Source of the DNA: Patellaria atrata CBS 101060 | Taxonomy: Eukaryota | NCBI GenBank assembly: GCA_010093705.1 | Contig: MU006096.1 | Span: 704,004 to 768,003 of the forward strand | Reading direction: 5' to 3' | DNA length: 64,000 nucleotides | In this document: positions 62,489 through 64,000 of the stretch, piece after piece | Position numbering within the stretch: position 1 is the first letter of the stretch | How the letters are laid out: every line of letters starts with the position of its first letter | Translations under genes and position numbers: made by a program | The notes under the pieces: generated by a model | Seen by the model: the letters and a program-made list of their open reading frames with translations, nothing else | What the model was told of the DNA's origin: nothing | Database searches by the model: none

Positions 62489-64000
62489 ATGCTCAGGCAT
62501 GCTACTAAACGGAGGCTTAAACATTCTACACACGCACAGCTTGCACTTGCCTTCGAGCAGCTAAACCTTCCCTGGCTCTGCCCGGCCCAAATAAGATGGC
62601 GGACACAAGCAACGGTGGCGACGACAGATGGGAAACGAAATGGAACCCTACGATATGTAGCCAATCGCTCAGATACGCGTTCAATTGCGACTCATTCGGG
62701 CTTTTTCAATTCACAGGTCGATAATCCGCCGCCGTTAGATAGTTCTTTGTTACCTCAACCTTGGTTCTGGCAGCGCCCTCCACCCGACATCTCGAGTCTC
62801 AAACCAATCAATCCATCTGAACCCCTGATTATACACGATTCGATAGTTGCGGGTTCTCCATCATTAAGACTCAAAAAATCTGTAGGCGGAGATTCGGTGG
62901 AGTTACATCAAAATCTGTACGCGTGTTTGCGTGTCGGCCGTTGGGATAGAGCGACAATCATTCTTCGAAGAATTGGCGATCTGTACGCCCCGAATGCGCC
63001 AGAGTTGATTAGTGCTCACAATTCCCTCTTCTCGGCAATGGGTGATGCTCTTCGCTCCCAACGCTTCGGCACTACCTTTTCTAACATACAGGACCATTTC
63101 GATGAACTTCTCGCTTCGGCCATTCCGGCTGATATTACGACATACACTCATGTGCTTCGAGCTTGCCTCGCGGTGGATGAGCCCAAAAAAGAGCGACTTG
63201 TACGTCAGTACATGCATGCATTACAAATGGAAGGAAATGGCATGTACGAGGCCTTGATGACTGCTAATACATGGTCTCTGGCAGAATGGGAAAGCTTGGT
63301 TAAGTTTCAACCCCAGATCTTCGAGCCGCCTTCAGTGACTGGAGAAATTGAAGATAGAGTTTATGTCGAGGCATCGACACCGTCGGAAGCAGACACTACA
63401 GCTCCTACCGCACCAGATATTCGACCGGTTGAACAAAAAGGCTTAGGACTCAAGACATTGAAGAAGGCACTGTCCATTTTTAGCGATCCAAGGGAGATCC
63501 CATATCCAGTTAATCTAGAGGGGACAAAGGAGGAAAAAGATCGGGCATACGAGTACATGAGACAAGATCGGTTGGAGGAAGACGCCGTTGATGCCGCGAT
63601 CGAACGCTGGAAAGCAGACAATGAGAAACTTCAGCATATGGGAATCAACTCCGCACTTCAAACAAAATCTATGGAGAGCCTTTTGTGGTCATGGTATAGT
63701 TCCACTTTACCAGCCGTCAAGGACGAACTGAAACTTATTCGGCAAGCCCTTCGCAACCCGGGTAAAAAAGGGGAAGATCGTTTAGTCTATGGTCCCTACT
63801 TGGAACAGCTCAGTGCTGAAAAAATAACTGCAATTTCCTTGATGGCAACTGTAAGTTGTTTCATTATCGATCGCGAACACTCCTTTACACATGTTGTATC
63901 AACCACGCACAAAATCAGTAAATTTTTGGAAGAGGAAACAAATCTACAACGTCCCAATAAATCTGGAAAGCCATGGCACCGAAACGCGAGATCTTCATCA
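62489..64000 (+). CDS. RPO41: Mitochondrial DNA-directed RNA polymerase, N-terminal part (runs off the window)
   Basis: MLRHATKRRL...EQLNLPWLCPA presequence; RQDRLEEDAVDAAIERW, LWSWY, DRLVYGPYLE; absent from the ORF track because no stop codon lies in the window. Confidence 0.85.
   Translation, partial: MLRHATKRRLKHSTHAQLALAFEQLNLPWLCPAQIRWRTQATVATTDGKRNGTLRYVANRSDTRSIATHSGFFNSQVDNPPPLDSSLLPQPWFWQRPPPDISSLKPINPSEPLIIHDSIVAGSPSLRLKKSVGGDSVELHQNLYACLRVGRWDRATIILRRIGDLYAPNAPELISAHNSLFSAMGDALRSQRFGTTFSNIQDHFDELLASAIPADITTYTHVLRACLAVDEPKKERLVRQYMHALQMEGNGMYEALMTANTWSLAEWESLVKFQPQIFEPPSVTGEIEDRVYVEASTPSEADTTAPTAPDIRPVEQKGLGLKTLKKALSIFSDPREIPYPVNLEGTKEEKDRAYEYMRQDRLEEDAVDAAIERWKADNEKLQHMGINSALQTKSMESLLWSWYSSTLPAVKDELKLIRQALRNPGKKGEDRLVYGPYLEQLSAEKITAISLMATVSCFIIDREHSFTHVVSTTHKISKFLEEETNLQRPNKSGKPWHRNARSSS

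Overview
This is eukaryotic DNA from a filamentous ascomycete (Pezizomycotina, inferred from short GT-AG introns with CTAAC/CTGAC branch points and from protein similarity). Conserved intron-containing genes are SEC61, DIB1, SEC1, SUV3, a GH15 glucoamylase, a ModF/YDR061W-like ABC ATPase, CLP1, RPL9, a DAO-family FAD oxidoreductase, a conserved hypothetical protein, a probable eIF4E-binding protein, URB1/NPA1, an MFS transporter, a GNAT acetyltransferase and GCN3/eIF2B-alpha. An intronless DmpA-like S58 peptidase and the 5' part of RPO41 are also present. Decaying accessory DNA is interspersed: four reconstructable pseudogenes (three with RIP-type CpA>TpA / TpG>TpA lesions, one with a single 7-bp frameshift), a 560-bp Mutator-like TIR element with an 8-bp TSD, two independent solo LTRs of one family, and a ~12-kb gene graveyard (27.3-39.2 kb). 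The most unusual signals are: (i) a ~204-nt structured element with a tRNA-like head and T-tail (candidate SINE or Pol III ncRNA); (ii) recurring ~1-kb strand-symmetric C/A-rich to G/T-rich switch islands that ignore gene orientation; (iii) a 9bp-GC-9bp frameshifting scar resembling a Mutator excision footprint; (iv) a spliced 136-aa orphan gene only partly shown in the ORF track. All identifications come from motif recognition by eye; no searches were run.
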